A stretch of 64,000 nucleotides of DNA, taken from positions 1-64,000 of the forward strand of contig JAPEUI010000074.1 of the NCBI GenBank assembly GCA_026025075.1. Direction: 5' to 3'. The DNA is from Vezdaea acicularis (taxonomy: Eukaryota). This document shows positions 36,384 to 47,750 of this stretch, piece by piece. Position numbers and translations under genes: made by a program. The notes under the pieces were generated by a model that saw nothing but the letters and a program-made list of their open reading frames with translations, made no database searches and was not told the origin of the DNA. How positions within the stretch are numbered: the stretch's first letter is position 1; each line of letters opens with the position of its first letter.

Positions 36384-37318
36384 CTACTTGTCCTTTTTCG
36401 GGGTTCCGTCCGTGCCCTCCATCTTGTTGTATTTGCTGCTCAAGTCGTTGTACTCCCGGCTCAGCCCTTCACTCTGCTTCTTCAGCGTGTCCAGATCCCG
36501 TTCCTTCTCGGCCAATTTATTCTTGAGGCCGCTGATCTCACCCGCGTTGCCGGCCATCGCCAACTTCTCGGCGTCCTTGCCCGAGGCCTTCGGGTCACCT
36601 TGCAATCGCTTTACCTCCTCTTCGAGACGGAGGACATCGAGGATCATGACGTAGGTACGGTTGAGGATGAGAGAGAGGAAGAGCGTGAAACCACAGAGAT
36701 ACATGTTCCGTTGAGAGTAGAACTTGCGAGCTTGCACCTCCATGCGCTCTGATCCCATCACAGCTGCTCTGCTGAAGACAATTAGCGGTGTGCCATAGAG
36801 ATAAGAGGACATGGAGCAGAAGTACCCCCCGTTGGCAGTGGCAGAGCTGGCCGCCGCTAGCTCAATCTGGACACGATAAACACGGTTCACACTATCGATG
36901 AACAAGATGAGAACACCAATGAAGGCAATCTGCAGCGTGAATTAGAGGATACTACTACCTTTTCGAGAACGGCTTACCTTCATCCCATATTGAAGTTTTG
37001 CTATAAGCGGATTGCCCGATATGAAGTTGAAGAGCTTCCGCTTCGCGGTAAAGGGCATCGGTATAATGAGAGCGACAAACATCGCCATCTCCCCCACGAG
37101 CATCATAAACACCTATGATCGTCAGACACATGGAGCCCAGATGCCGGAAGAATTGATAGAGGACAGGGACGGAAGAGGAATGGAATGGTATCGAGAGGCC
37201 CAGCACATAGCGCAGAGTTTTGCTTGAAGCAAGCTACCAGTAGGGGCAAAATAGTTCAAGGTGCAGATTACGGGAAGGTGGTGAATATAGCACTCACAAG
37301 ACCGAAGTAGAGCGTCAT
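36384..37318 (-). CDS. YET3: B-cell receptor-associated protein 31-like ER membrane protein (Bap31/Yet3), 4 exons
   Basis: MTLYFGL/VF..LV.EM, LFIDSVNRVYRV, ARKFYSQRNMYLCGFTLFLSLIL, C-terminal coiled coil LKKQSEGLSREY and dilysine KKDK* ER-retrieval motif. Confidence 0.92.
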
Positions 37319-37866
37319 GATGAAACTTGGAAGGCCGCCGTAGAGATGTTCAAGGGCTGAAATAAGTCGCTGCAGAGAAAGAGTGCTCTAGATTTTGGTA
37401 ACCCGCTACCTCTTAAACTGGCATGCGAGAGTTCTAAGGAACGTTGCGATCGTCGGGGTCCTCGTAATTAGCAATCCGCAGGATGAGATGTGTGGGAAGA
37501 TATTATGGTAGAGCTCTAATGTCTGTGATGGTAAGGTTCGTTGTGTTGGAAGGTCGTGTCGCCAGCCGATTTCTTGATTTGCTTCAGCCACACGCGACCA
37601 GGGCCGACGTCATTGGGTAACCAGTAACACCTTGTCTTAAGGTCCGCGTAATCCCTAAATCAACAAAATTTCTACATGCTCAAAATATTCTAAGACTTCC
37701 TTTTCACGGTATTGGTACGAATTTTTTTGGCGACCGGCTTCTAATCTGTAAGCACAATTGCGGGGCAAGTCAAGCTATGAGGTCAAAGTATAGTACAGCC
37801 CAAGTCACCATCTAGACCCTACAAGTTGAGCCAAGCATCGGAACTCAGCCAGTGCCTTTGCATTGA

Positions 37867-40121
37867 TCATCCTTCGGCATTTGTCTCATAATTATTTGAT
37901 TTGTGCTTCGGCTCGAACTTGAAGTCTTTATGTGCTGGGCCAAGGAACATCTCGCTGAATAATTGTTAGCGCGCTCAGAGAACAGTCTACTTTGGATATC
38001 TTGACTTACCTTATCTTAATCCAATCTTTATAATTGTCGCTTGCTAACAAGGTCTCAAGTTCGTTTCGTCCTTTGAAAGCCGGCGGCCGATCTTGTAGAT
38101 TTGGCGGCAAATGTTCCAGGATCCCTAAGGGGACGTAACGGTAGGCAAAACTTAGCCACTCGAGCAAGAACTTCCTTGTCGTTCCTAGACCAATTTCATC
38201 GGATCCCCATGCTTCAAGTCCATATTTAGCAAACTTTTCCACGTATTCTAAGCGTTGAGATGCCGAGATGTCAAGATATTGACCCGTTTCGATCTCTTGA
38301 AATATCCACGGCTTTATGAGGGCGCCACGAGCAATCATAACGGAGTCAACCTTCGCGTTCTTGATATGTTCGGAATAATCAACATGGGAGTAACAATCTC
38401 CGTTGCCAAGGAAGAAAACTTTCCCATTAGGTTGGCTGCGCTGGTCTACTTCGCGCACGGTATCCGCAAGATCACGCTCCTCTTCATTGATTCTTTGAAT
38501 AAGGGCGGCGCATTCTGATATATATTCCCAATCTGCCCTTTTTGTATACCTCTGCTGTCTGCTCCGCCCATGAAGAGTGAAAGCTGCAACTCCAGAGCCA
38601 GCGCCTTTCTGCCCAGCTGAATCGGCCTGGCTACCCATGAGCCTCTCAATAAGCTTCAACGCAGTCGGCTTAGAGTCTTTCGTGCCCATTCGAACCTTGA
38701 CTGTGATCGGTATCTCACCAGAGACGGCATGCATACCCCGGACCATCCTCTCGAGCTTCGGATGTGTGTCGAGCAGTGCTGAGCCCGCCCCTTGCCGATA
38801 TACAAGATCAATAGGACAGCCACAGTTCAAGTCAATCACACGTAGACGAGGGCACAATGTCGACAGGATTTCTGCTGCTTGTATTGCTTGCCAGGGTTTA
38901 CTTGCGGCTATCTGAGCGCCGAACTTGAGATCTTTAGCGTTGTCATAAGCATGAACGACATCTTCTCCTTTAAACGCCGGTGGGGTGGTTTCAATCTGGT
39001 GAGCTTTCATGAGAGCCCATTCTTGCTTCGTCCCTTGCATTAAGGGTAAACTCATCGCCATCTCCGAATAAGTAGCCTGCGCCCCGAGTTCGACGCATAA
39101 TCTTCGAAAGGGTAGATTGCCTTGTGTCGTAAGAGGCGCAAGGGCAGGAGTTTCGGGCCCGAAGTATATGCGACGTTTCTCGGACGGCAGAAACGGCGGC
39201 TCATGGTAAAGCGCTCGGTTTTCGTCTCGAGAATTGTGAAATGTGCTGTTCTGGTGGACACCATTAGAGGCAGCGTCTAGCTTCAAGTCATCAATTGCTT
39301 GCTTGGTGGTACGAGGCTCTTGTTCCCGCTCTTTTGAGCTTTGTTCTAGCCATGCTAAATACACTTTGGACTTAGGGAGATCCATTTTCCTCTTTGTGAG
39401 AGCCTGTTTCTGTGCGGTAGAAACAACATTCACTACTCCGTGGCTTTCACCAGTACCTCCCTCAGCCTCTATCTCAGCCTTTTTAGATTCGTTAACCGTC
39501 AGAGTGAGCTCCATACGGCCATCAGGAAGTTCGACTTCTTGCATGTGCGAGCTTGCAAATCGGCACTTCCACCCCATATCACAAATCCCCCACACTTCCC
39601 AAACCGGGCATAACCCGCCGGAGAAGGTCTTAAGATCTCCTCGTTTTCCGTGTTCAAGATAGCGTCGCAGATTATGTTCAAATTTGCAGTTCACCCCAAA
39701 GGGACATTCTTTGGGTGAGAATTCTGGGTACGTTGCACGACTTGAGCAAAGACCAATGGCGTCTCGAGATGAGCCGAAATCTCTGCCCATATTTTGGCCT
39801 TTGCTCTTCGACCGCTTCTGGCCTTTCCCTTCATTTTCTCCTGCTTTCGTATGGTGGACGGCTTCTGCAGCATCATCATCGGGTTTTGCCTCAGCATTCG
39901 AGCGCCGGCTACCAAGCGGGGCAACCAAGTATCTGCATATGCTCCTGAGCGACTGATCCTGGTGGTAAAGGCAATACTAACTCCGCTTTGACAGGAGCCA
40001 CACCCCTCTGTCTTTCTACTTTAGTGCCAGAAGTCGAAAAATCACGGTCGAGTTTCGTTCTCTTCGATGGCCATGGCTCGGCATTGTCCTCTGCGACGTG
40101 CTTAGAGGTCGATTCTGCCAT
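37867..40121 (-). CDS. DUS3: tRNA-dihydrouridine(47) synthase
   Basis: [15 protein letters not shown] fingers, [53 protein letters not shown], last exon [17 protein letters not shown]. Confidence 0.96.
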
Positions 40122-40640
40122 GGAGTGCTGCTCTGATTTCAAAGATATCCTCTGAAACTTCCCCCTGAGATGATTCACCCAAGGTGGCACATTCAAGCAG
40201 AATATTCAGTCTTTATGGTAATGTGGTGGCTTTCTTAGTCGACACTGTTGAGGGTACCCGCAGGGCTCGCATCAAACAAATCATACAAAATGATCCGCGT
40301 ATGATGTCCTTCGTATGAAGCCTCGAATCTGTCTATCAAACGAGCTTTGATTAGAGCACACGGATTCGCAGTACGGGTTCGGCGAACGTTATAGCCGCAT
40401 TTCGCTTATGCGGCCGGGACTTGCCTCGTTCTAGACTAATCAACGCGCATCACGGCTCGCCTCGCTGTAGTCCACTTCGGAATTAGCAAGTTACTCCCCA
40501 CTCACACCTCCCACTTAATACTTGTCATATCAGTTTTCTCTATCATCCACACCTTTGGACACAACGACCTCGGACGTTCATTTTGAAAGCGTCAGAAGAT
40601 CTGATTTCTGTTGGCTTCGGAGTTGAAGCCAACCTTCGGA

Positions 40641-42778
40641 ATGATGGCTGGACCCGCTTCACCCATAGACATTGCCACACCAGCTCGCCATGCGTCATCT
40701 TCGCCAGCTCAACAGTATCGAATGACCTCTAATTTGACCATGGCGCTACAGGGAGCCGCTCCTGGAGAGACGGGGGCTACAAGTGCGATGAATATGGGAA
40801 GCTCGGCGAGTAATGTCTTCGGGTCGAGCGGTGCCTTCGGTCATCAGGATTCATTCAGTGGGGGTATGTCCGGGTTAGGATCGCAATGGAATGGCACGCG
40901 GCCTATATCAATGAAGAGCTCAAACAAGGAAAAGACCCGGCGAGAAAGTGTTGCTGGAAGCCTAATGGGAGGCATGAGCTGGGGAGGCGTCTCTGTAGGG
41001 AGTTGGATACGAGACGAGTAAGTTTCCACTTTAATATTCTAAGTATCTGCGGGCCACACCGTATCACGACGTTTGAATCTCTCTTTCTGGCCCTCTTCCA
41101 TAGGGCTTCTACTTGAAACGAAGAAAGAGGCTTACTATTTTGTTCGTGGGCAGTATCATAATGGCGGGGACCTCTCCTTTTGCGCATCAGTCACCGTCTT
41201 ATCACTCATCTTCCTATCTACCAAAGCTAGAAGCAAACTTTATGCGAGATTTCTCATGCTGCGGCTTGAACCTACCTGGACTCCACGAATTAATACAACA
41301 CTATGAAGAAAGCCATACATCACAGGTACCTCCGGTTGCTCCACGAATGCAAAGCTCTGGGCCTGGCCCAACTGTCACAATGCCGGATAGTAAAGCGGCT
41401 GTAGCAGCTGGTGCCGCGGCAGCTATTCAGAGACAGGCTGATCTGCAGCGCCAGGAGCCTACCAAAAGTCAGCAGCCCTCCCCTAGAAGCTCTGGGGTCA
41501 ACACATCAGCGCTCAGTAACCCAGCCAGTATGAGTGGCATTGAAAGAATGCGGCAGGAAGCAAAAATGGCACAGCAACAGCAATCCGCCCCATCAAATAT
41601 AGGCAAATCCCATGCTCAAACGAATCAAGACATGGACACTGTCGAAGACATGGAAATGGATGATGACGTAGATACTAGTCGGGGCGAGCCTACACCCCCG
41701 CCTCAAGCTCAGCCACGCCATCAGGCTCAGCCATTGCAGCAAACACAGCCACTCCAATTCCCTAGTCTCAATCCAAGGTCTGCCGCTCCACCACAGCTAT
41801 CCGCTACGAACATCTCTATACCTCTGCAAGCACATCAGGGCCTACGGACATCCCAGATATCAGCGCCTTCTAATCAAAACCATCATGGCTTACCATATAA
41901 TAATAACCCGACCGTTTCGTCCGTCAATACGCCCACTCTCAGTACACAGCACCTACAACAGTATCAGCAGCTTCCACAGCAAACACAGACCGCCTTCTCT
42001 CCGGAATCTTCCGTTCCAGGCACCCCTGGCGAGCTTGAAGCCGAATTCATAACTGATCTACCGACAAATCTCCAGATGCCTTCAAATACTCAGTACTTGC
42101 AAAACGTCAACACCTTCGGACTTGGATATGGAGCTGGAAGCGATATGGTAGATCTGTGCATTGACGAACCCGCGAAGCGACTCTTCAGCCCTAATGGGAC
42201 CTACAGCAGCCAGCAGCAGTTTGCTCATTATCAAATGAATGGGGGCCAAGCCAACTATGATCCGGATGCTCTTATGCAGTTCAAACAGCAGAATATGATT
42301 GGCGCTATGGCAGGAAATCAAAACACAATTGTGCCAGGGGAAGAGCCAAAACCTTTCAAGTGCCCTGTCATTGGCTGCGAGAAGGCATACAAGAATCAAA
42401 ACGGTCTTAAATACCATAAGGTGGTAAGTAATTTATCTGAACATATTTATAGTATGTACCGTCAATAACCTCTATTAGCACGGCCATCAAAATCAGACTT
42501 TGCAAAATAATGAGGATGGTACCTTTTCAATACTAGACCCACAAACCTCAGCCCCATACCCTGGAACACTCGGAATGGAAAAGGAGAAGCCTTACCGATG
42601 TGAGGCTTGCGGCAAAAGATACAAGAATCTTAACGGCCTTAAATATCACAAGTCTCACTCGCCAGCCTGCAACCCAGATTTGAAGCCAGGTCTTAGCACG
42701 AATAATGGACTAGACGCTATGAGTGTCAATATGCCTGGCGGCCTTAGTGGCATACGAGAAGAAACCAGGGCCATCTAA
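40641..42778 (+). CDS. SFP1: Split C2H2 zinc-finger transcription factor Sfp1, 3 exons
   Basis: GMSWGGVSVGSWIRD, YLPKLEANFMRDFSCCG..L..LHEL..HYEE.H, LCIDEPAKRL, KPFKCPVIGCEKAYKNQNGLKYH, KPYRCEACGKRYKNLNGLKYH. Confidence 0.96.
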
Positions 42779-43479
42779 TTTCTGATGCACACCAATTTAC
42801 TGGTTTTCCAATCCCATACTTGCCATATACTCTTGGCGGCCATTCAAAACAGTCCTTACAATCTAGTTGTCCACCGTCTATTAAACAATATATTGCATCG
42901 CTCCGGGAAGATACGACGACGACGACGACGAGTATCGTTGTACATGAGACAACATTCATAGCTGCATTGACTCGTCACCGCCAAACGTTATTACAGAGCG
43001 ACTGGTATTCCGCGATTGTATAACATGGGACGGCCTGTATGAACTTGCATTTTTCTTAGGCTCAATGATAGAACGTGATTTCCTTGCATGAGACATTCGG
43101 TTGGAGCTTGCGCGTGGTCTTATCAAAGGTGACTAACCCTTTAGCAAATTTATGGTGGTTGGATCTTCGACGTCTTCACGGGACATGCAGGAGTCGGGCG
43201 TGGTGTTAGTTTCGCTCATTTTTGGCGCTTGTTTCTTTACGACTTCTCAGCTTTGGTCCTGAAGATGGCTATACTCACCCGTGTCTAGTTTTCAATTGCT
43301 AGCTACATAAATAAAAGTGTGCTCCAGCCCATGAGATGGCGTACTTACAGAGGTGATAATTTAATATGCTCCAAATAAAGTGACTGAGAATGTCGGTATT
43401 TGAGAAATGGCTCCCTATTTGACAGACAATCCATCCACTAAGGAAACAATGCTAGTTATTCATGCTCTTACGTAGTTAG

Positions 43480-43640
43480 GTATTGAGTTTTTATTATTAG
43501 TTTACTGATATTATTCTTTAGTTTTTATTTTATTTTAATCTTACTTATTTTATTATTATCTGGTTTTATATATTTTTATATATTTTTATCCAAATTTCAA
43601 CATTTATTAGACGTCATTCAAATTGTTGAAAAAGGGAATT
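43480..43640. other. Short, very AT-rich island, possibly a RIP-degenerated repeat relic
   Basis: Abrupt run of T/A tracts with many TpA between the converging SFP1 and ROK1 3' ends. Confidence 0.5.
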
Positions 43641-43764
43641 CTCATTCAAAATCGAGCTGGAGGGGTGTAATCGTGACTATCGCAATCCATAATAGCTCAA
43701 TAATGATCTAGGCCATTATTTATCACTAAATTTATGCAGGGTGGGATATCTTGACCGGGAAAGG

Positions 43765-46023
43765 TCAGTCATCAAAGCCTTCCCATTCACTGCTCGTCAC
43801 TATATCCTCGTTGACGTTCCCACTTAGCAGTTTTCTCTTCTGGCTTTCCCTCTTGGCCGCCTTCAGGTTGTTCCCCAAACGCCTATCGAACCCGCTCTTA
43901 GTGCTTATCCGTACTCGACTTCTTTGCCCGTTGCTCGTGTCTGGCATTGGCCTCCTTGCCTCCACACCAAACCTTTTCAATTTCTTTTTAGCATTCTTGC
44001 TCGGCTTCGGCAGTGAGTCCAGTAACCATTTCTGCAGCCCGCCTCCTACGTGCCCACGGTCCAATTTTTCACTGGCGGCAACAACATTGGCAACGTTCTT
44101 GACGTAGGGAATATCTTCCTCTGTATATAGTGTAATCGCAACTCCTCCGTCCCTACCCGCTCGTCCTGTCCTGCCAACTCGGTGGATGTACGCTGCAGCT
44201 GAATTTGGAACATCGTAATTGACAACGCCATTGATTCCACGGAAGTCTACCCCACGGGAGAGTAAGTCTGTCGTTACAAGCACCCATAGCTCGCCTCTTC
44301 GTAAACGTGCCATGATATTAGAACGAGCGGTATCAGATAGATCTGAATGCAGCACTGCAATGCGTGAGGATCCGCCTGCTTCAGGGGGGATATCGTATAG
44401 AAGCTCGGCATGAAGAGCTATTGCCCGTGGAATGGTTTGAGTGAAGACCAGAAATGGGGGACGTAAGGACGATCCAGGTTCTTGAGCTACTGTCGAAGGA
44501 TGTAGCAACTGGCGAATAGCAAGGAGCTTTCCATACTCTGAAGCCGCGTATATAAGTTTGTGTGACACGTTTGGTACAGCCGAGTCCTTCAAGCCGACGA
44601 CCGCCCTGATCAATTGCGTCTCGTTTGTTTTCTTATCGAGGCCAAGGACCGTCTTCCGCGTATGTATCACCACTTTTGCGAGCTCTTCGATGCTTGAGCC
44701 CATTGTCGCCGACCAAAAACTGACTCTCAGCTCAGGGTTGATGCATGCGTTCCAAATACCAAGAGTCTGTTCCCGAAATAAAGGATCGAGTAGAACATCT
44801 GCTTCATCAAGGACAAGGTACTTGATCGAAGGTTGATCCTTGAAATCGCCCTCCCTTGTACTCTCAATAGCATTGAGAAAAAGAAGAGGTGTTGTAACAA
44901 GAATATCGGCCTTTACGACGACATATTGCTTGTGATTCCCCCCTTTCTCTTCTACACCATCATGATCTGATTCGAAATTTGACTCGACCTTAGAATCAGG
45001 GGTCGAATTGTGGTCACCATTTTCTCCAATAGAGATATGCATTCCCCTACGCATGGCGGAGATCTTGATACCAGTACCAGTGGCTAACTTTCTCCCTTCA
45101 CTGACAATTTGCATTGCGAGCTCCTTCGTAGGAGCTATGATCAGAGCCTCTGGGCCTGCAGTACTGTATTGGGTGGCGCCTGGAGCTCTACGGACAATGT
45201 TACGTTGATGAATAATGCCTTGTAACACGGGTATGAGAAATGCGAGTGTCTTTCCACTGCCTGTCGGAGCTATAGTCAAAAGGTCAGTAGGTCGTACATT
45301 CCAGCTTTTACGTTGCTTGCTATGAGCCTCTTCAAAGCCCATATATGATTCCAGAAGCAAAGGCAGCGTTCCAAGTTGTACTTCCGTAGGAAGCGTGTAG
45401 CCTTGGTTCAAAACATTGTTAGCCAGTCGCCGAGATACTCCATACCGTCTTTGTAGGTCATGAAAAGAGTTCAATGGCTGTGGGTATAGCTGATGATTCT
45501 TTTCTTTCGCTGATCTCTCCAAGGTACCAAGGACTACGTTCGACCTCTTATTCCTCTCTGAGTTCGAGCGGACTTTTGGTCTTGATGCTGTGTGTGCGGA
45601 TCCCACAGGTGGATGTGAGAGGAGTGTAATCTTGACCTTGTGAGAATTGAGTATCTGCCGACATGCTTCAGCTGGAAGATCTGTCGAGCTTTGGTCGCCA
45701 TTGAGTGGACTTTGCTCGTCTTTGCGATGAATTTGTCTCGCCTCGGCGTGCTCATTGAATGTTGTCCCATCAGACCGATTGATCGTTCGTATTCCGTTTC
45801 CAGGGTTTGGTTCCTTCTTAAGCTCATGCCCTCTCTTTCTCTTCCTAGAGTTCGGTGATTGGGAAGCTTCCTCCAGATTTTGGTGTCCAGACAGATATCT
45901 TCCAAATAGCTGTGGATTTGACGATGCGCCAGTGGACGGCAACGGTAGCGTGGAAGACTCATCCGCACTGGACTGCAAAGGTTTAAGGGCACTGGACCGG
46001 GAGAGGATTTTAAATATGTCCAT
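43765..46023 (-). CDS. ROK1: ATP-dependent DEAD-box RNA helicase Rok1 (DDX52)
   Basis: MDIFKILSR start, Q motif PTEVQ, APTGSGKT, PTKELA, DEAD, SAT, RPPFLVFTQT, SRGVDF, HRVGRTGRAG. Confidence 0.95.
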   Translation of the reverse strand: MDIFKILSRSSALKPLQSSADESSTLPLPSTGASSNPQLFGRYLSGHQNLEEASQSPNSRKRKRGHELKKEPNPGNGIRTINRSDGTTFNEHAEARQIHRKDEQSPLNGDQSSTDLPAEACRQILNSHKVKITLLSHPPVGSAHTASRPKVRSNSERNKRSNVVLGTLERSAKEKNHQLYPQPLNSFHDLQRRYGVSRRLANNVLNQGYTLPTEVQLGTLPLLLESYMGFEEAHSKQRKSWNVRPTDLLTIAPTGSGKTLAFLIPVLQGIIHQRNIVRRAPGATQYSTAGPEALIIAPTKELAMQIVSEGRKLATGTGIKISAMRRGMHISIGENGDHNSTPDSKVESNFESDHDGVEEKGGNHKQYVVVKADILVTTPLLFLNAIESTREGDFKDQPSIKYLVLDEADVLLDPLFREQTLGIWNACINPELRVSFWSATMGSSIEELAKVVIHTRKTVLGLDKKTNETQLIRAVVGLKDSAVPNVSHKLIYAASEYGKLLAIRQLLHPSTVAQEPGSSLRPPFLVFTQTIPRAIALHAELLYDIPPEAGGSSRIAVLHSDLSDTARSNIMARLRRGELWVLVTTDLLSRGVDFRGINGVVNYDVPNSAAAYIHRVGRTGRAGRDGGVAITLYTEEDIPYVKNVANVVAASEKLDRGHVGGGLQKWLLDSLPKPSKNAKKKLKRFGVEARRPMPDTSNGQRSRVRISTKSGFDRRLGNNLKAAKRESQKRKLLSGNVNEDIVTSSEWEGFDD

Positions 46024-46374
46024 TGTGTCGTAAGACCATGGTCCAGGAATTTTGTCTTTGTCAGCGTTGAAATTTCACAGCGATCGCTTGATATCCTAGA
46101 ATTACTTCGTCGCGAAAATTTATCCGCGGGCAAATTAATAAAGTTATTCAGAGGTAGCTTTCTAGGATTGGGGCCACTAGCAAGATTGGCTAATATGCCC
46201 TGGTTGTAATGTTACATATCTGACCTATCTAAGATAATCTAAGATATTCTAGCCTTTTCAGATTACAGGTCAGTAGTTCCATTGAAAGGTACCGATTCCA
46301 CCTGACCATACTTCTGACAGAGGCTGCTTTATGTGCATTGTCTGGTACTCAAGAAGATTGTATTGACTTATCAC

Positions 46375-47306
46375 TTAGTGATGCCCCCCGTTATCTCCAC
46401 GATACCCGACAATTTTTAGCCGTCCAATAATCTCCCCGATAGTGAAAAACCCAACCACCTCAGCAGCGACTACGCCTGTCGTGACTAACTGCTGTCTATC
46501 TACGTTTCTTATTTGTTGAAGTACCTGAGCAGGGTTTATCGAGTTTGCAGTTTTCGTGATTGACGAGGACAGGCTAGAAGGATGCCGCGCTGCGTGAAGA
46601 AAAGGCTGAATGTATGATTGAAAAGTTGAAAGAGGTCTGTGGCGCACGACCGATTAGTGCAAGCTCTCGTGATGTGGCGCATGGATGCCTTAGTTCGTAA
46701 CATCCTGAGATACTTACGGAGGAGACATCTTCTGGCCGTGGAAGACCAATTTGGAGAGCTCGATTCCAACTCTCGAGTAGTAGATTGTTGGAGGTATGAT
46801 TGCTATTCAGGTCCACATATTAGCCTGGGGACCACCACACATTGAAGTAGGTGCGCAGGACGAGACACAATCATCCTTATAGCCTATCCGAGTCCAGGAT
46901 GAATTGTTACGAATAACATGGTGCTGCTCCTCGCCCTGCGCTGGGCAACTTGCATGCTTTCCATGAAACCAATTGACAAGTGACATCCCGGAACAAAACA
47001 ATGATGGTTCATGACGAACTTACATTGAACAAATTTGATGAGTCTACCTGTGCGACCGGTTGCTTTTCCCAGAGCTTCACCCGCTCCCTTCGCTGCTCCA
47101 CTCAGGGCAGGCCCTGCAGCAGACGTAACCTTCGAGAGGCCCTCCGAAGCTTTTGAAACTGCATTGGATGCTGCGGCTTTAGCCTTTGATCCTGACTGAG
47201 AAGCAGCCTCGGCTGCTTGAGAAGTTGTTGAGCTGGGTCGAAGTGACTGACGGCTCAACCTAAGTCGGGCGGGCTTGAACATGGCGCGAGATGTTGACAA
47301 GGACAT
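46375..47306 (-). CDS. ATP20: Mitochondrial ATP synthase subunit g, 3 exons (intron 1 at 46803-47023)
   Basis: Arg/Ser-rich presequence, exon 2 IPPTIYYSRVGIELSKLVF.GQKMSPP, C-terminal AEVVGFFTIGEIIGRLKIVGY (GxxxG). Confidence 0.95.
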
Positions 47307-47379
47307 GGTGAATATATTTGCAGGGTCAAGAATAGGCTATGGCCGCCTTTCAGCACCGCAGGAACGTGAAGGGCGGACA

Positions 47380-47477
47380 ATTGGCCAAGATGGTTTAGAA
47401 TGATGAAAGGTCAGGAAGTCGTGCGGACTTTTTCGGTTCTTCGAGAGTTGGGAAAGCTTTGATTAGCGACAGCCAAT
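47380..47477. promoter_or_regulatory. Two CCAAT boxes upstream of ATP20 (candidate HAP complex sites)
   Basis: ATTGG at 47380-47384 and AGCCAATC at 47471-47478, within 200 nt of the ATG. HAP control of respiratory genes is known in fungi, but the motif is short. Confidence 0.35.
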
Positions 47478-47750
47478 CGAAAATGGGCACGACATTTGAT
47501 GCTTCATCGACCTCTATTGATACTTTCGTGAGACTCAACGGAATTTTTCGTGCCTCCGAGAAGCTGACGTCCGATATGACCGAGGGGGCATGGTAGTAAT
47601 CAAAGTTATCTAAAGTTCTAACATTGTGACATCATGGTATCAGGGAAAAGTTGCGCCCGAAATCTGAAACCAACCTCTTCAAACCATATGCCTAGCCTTT
47701 CAACTCCGAGCTGAAGGCGCGTAACTTCTTAAAAGAATAATAAGAGCCGT

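Noticed and set aside
37600..37616. GACGTCA/CCAAT motif upstream of the BAP31 gene (UPR/CRE-like)
   Set aside because: Plausible but too short to support without comparative evidence.
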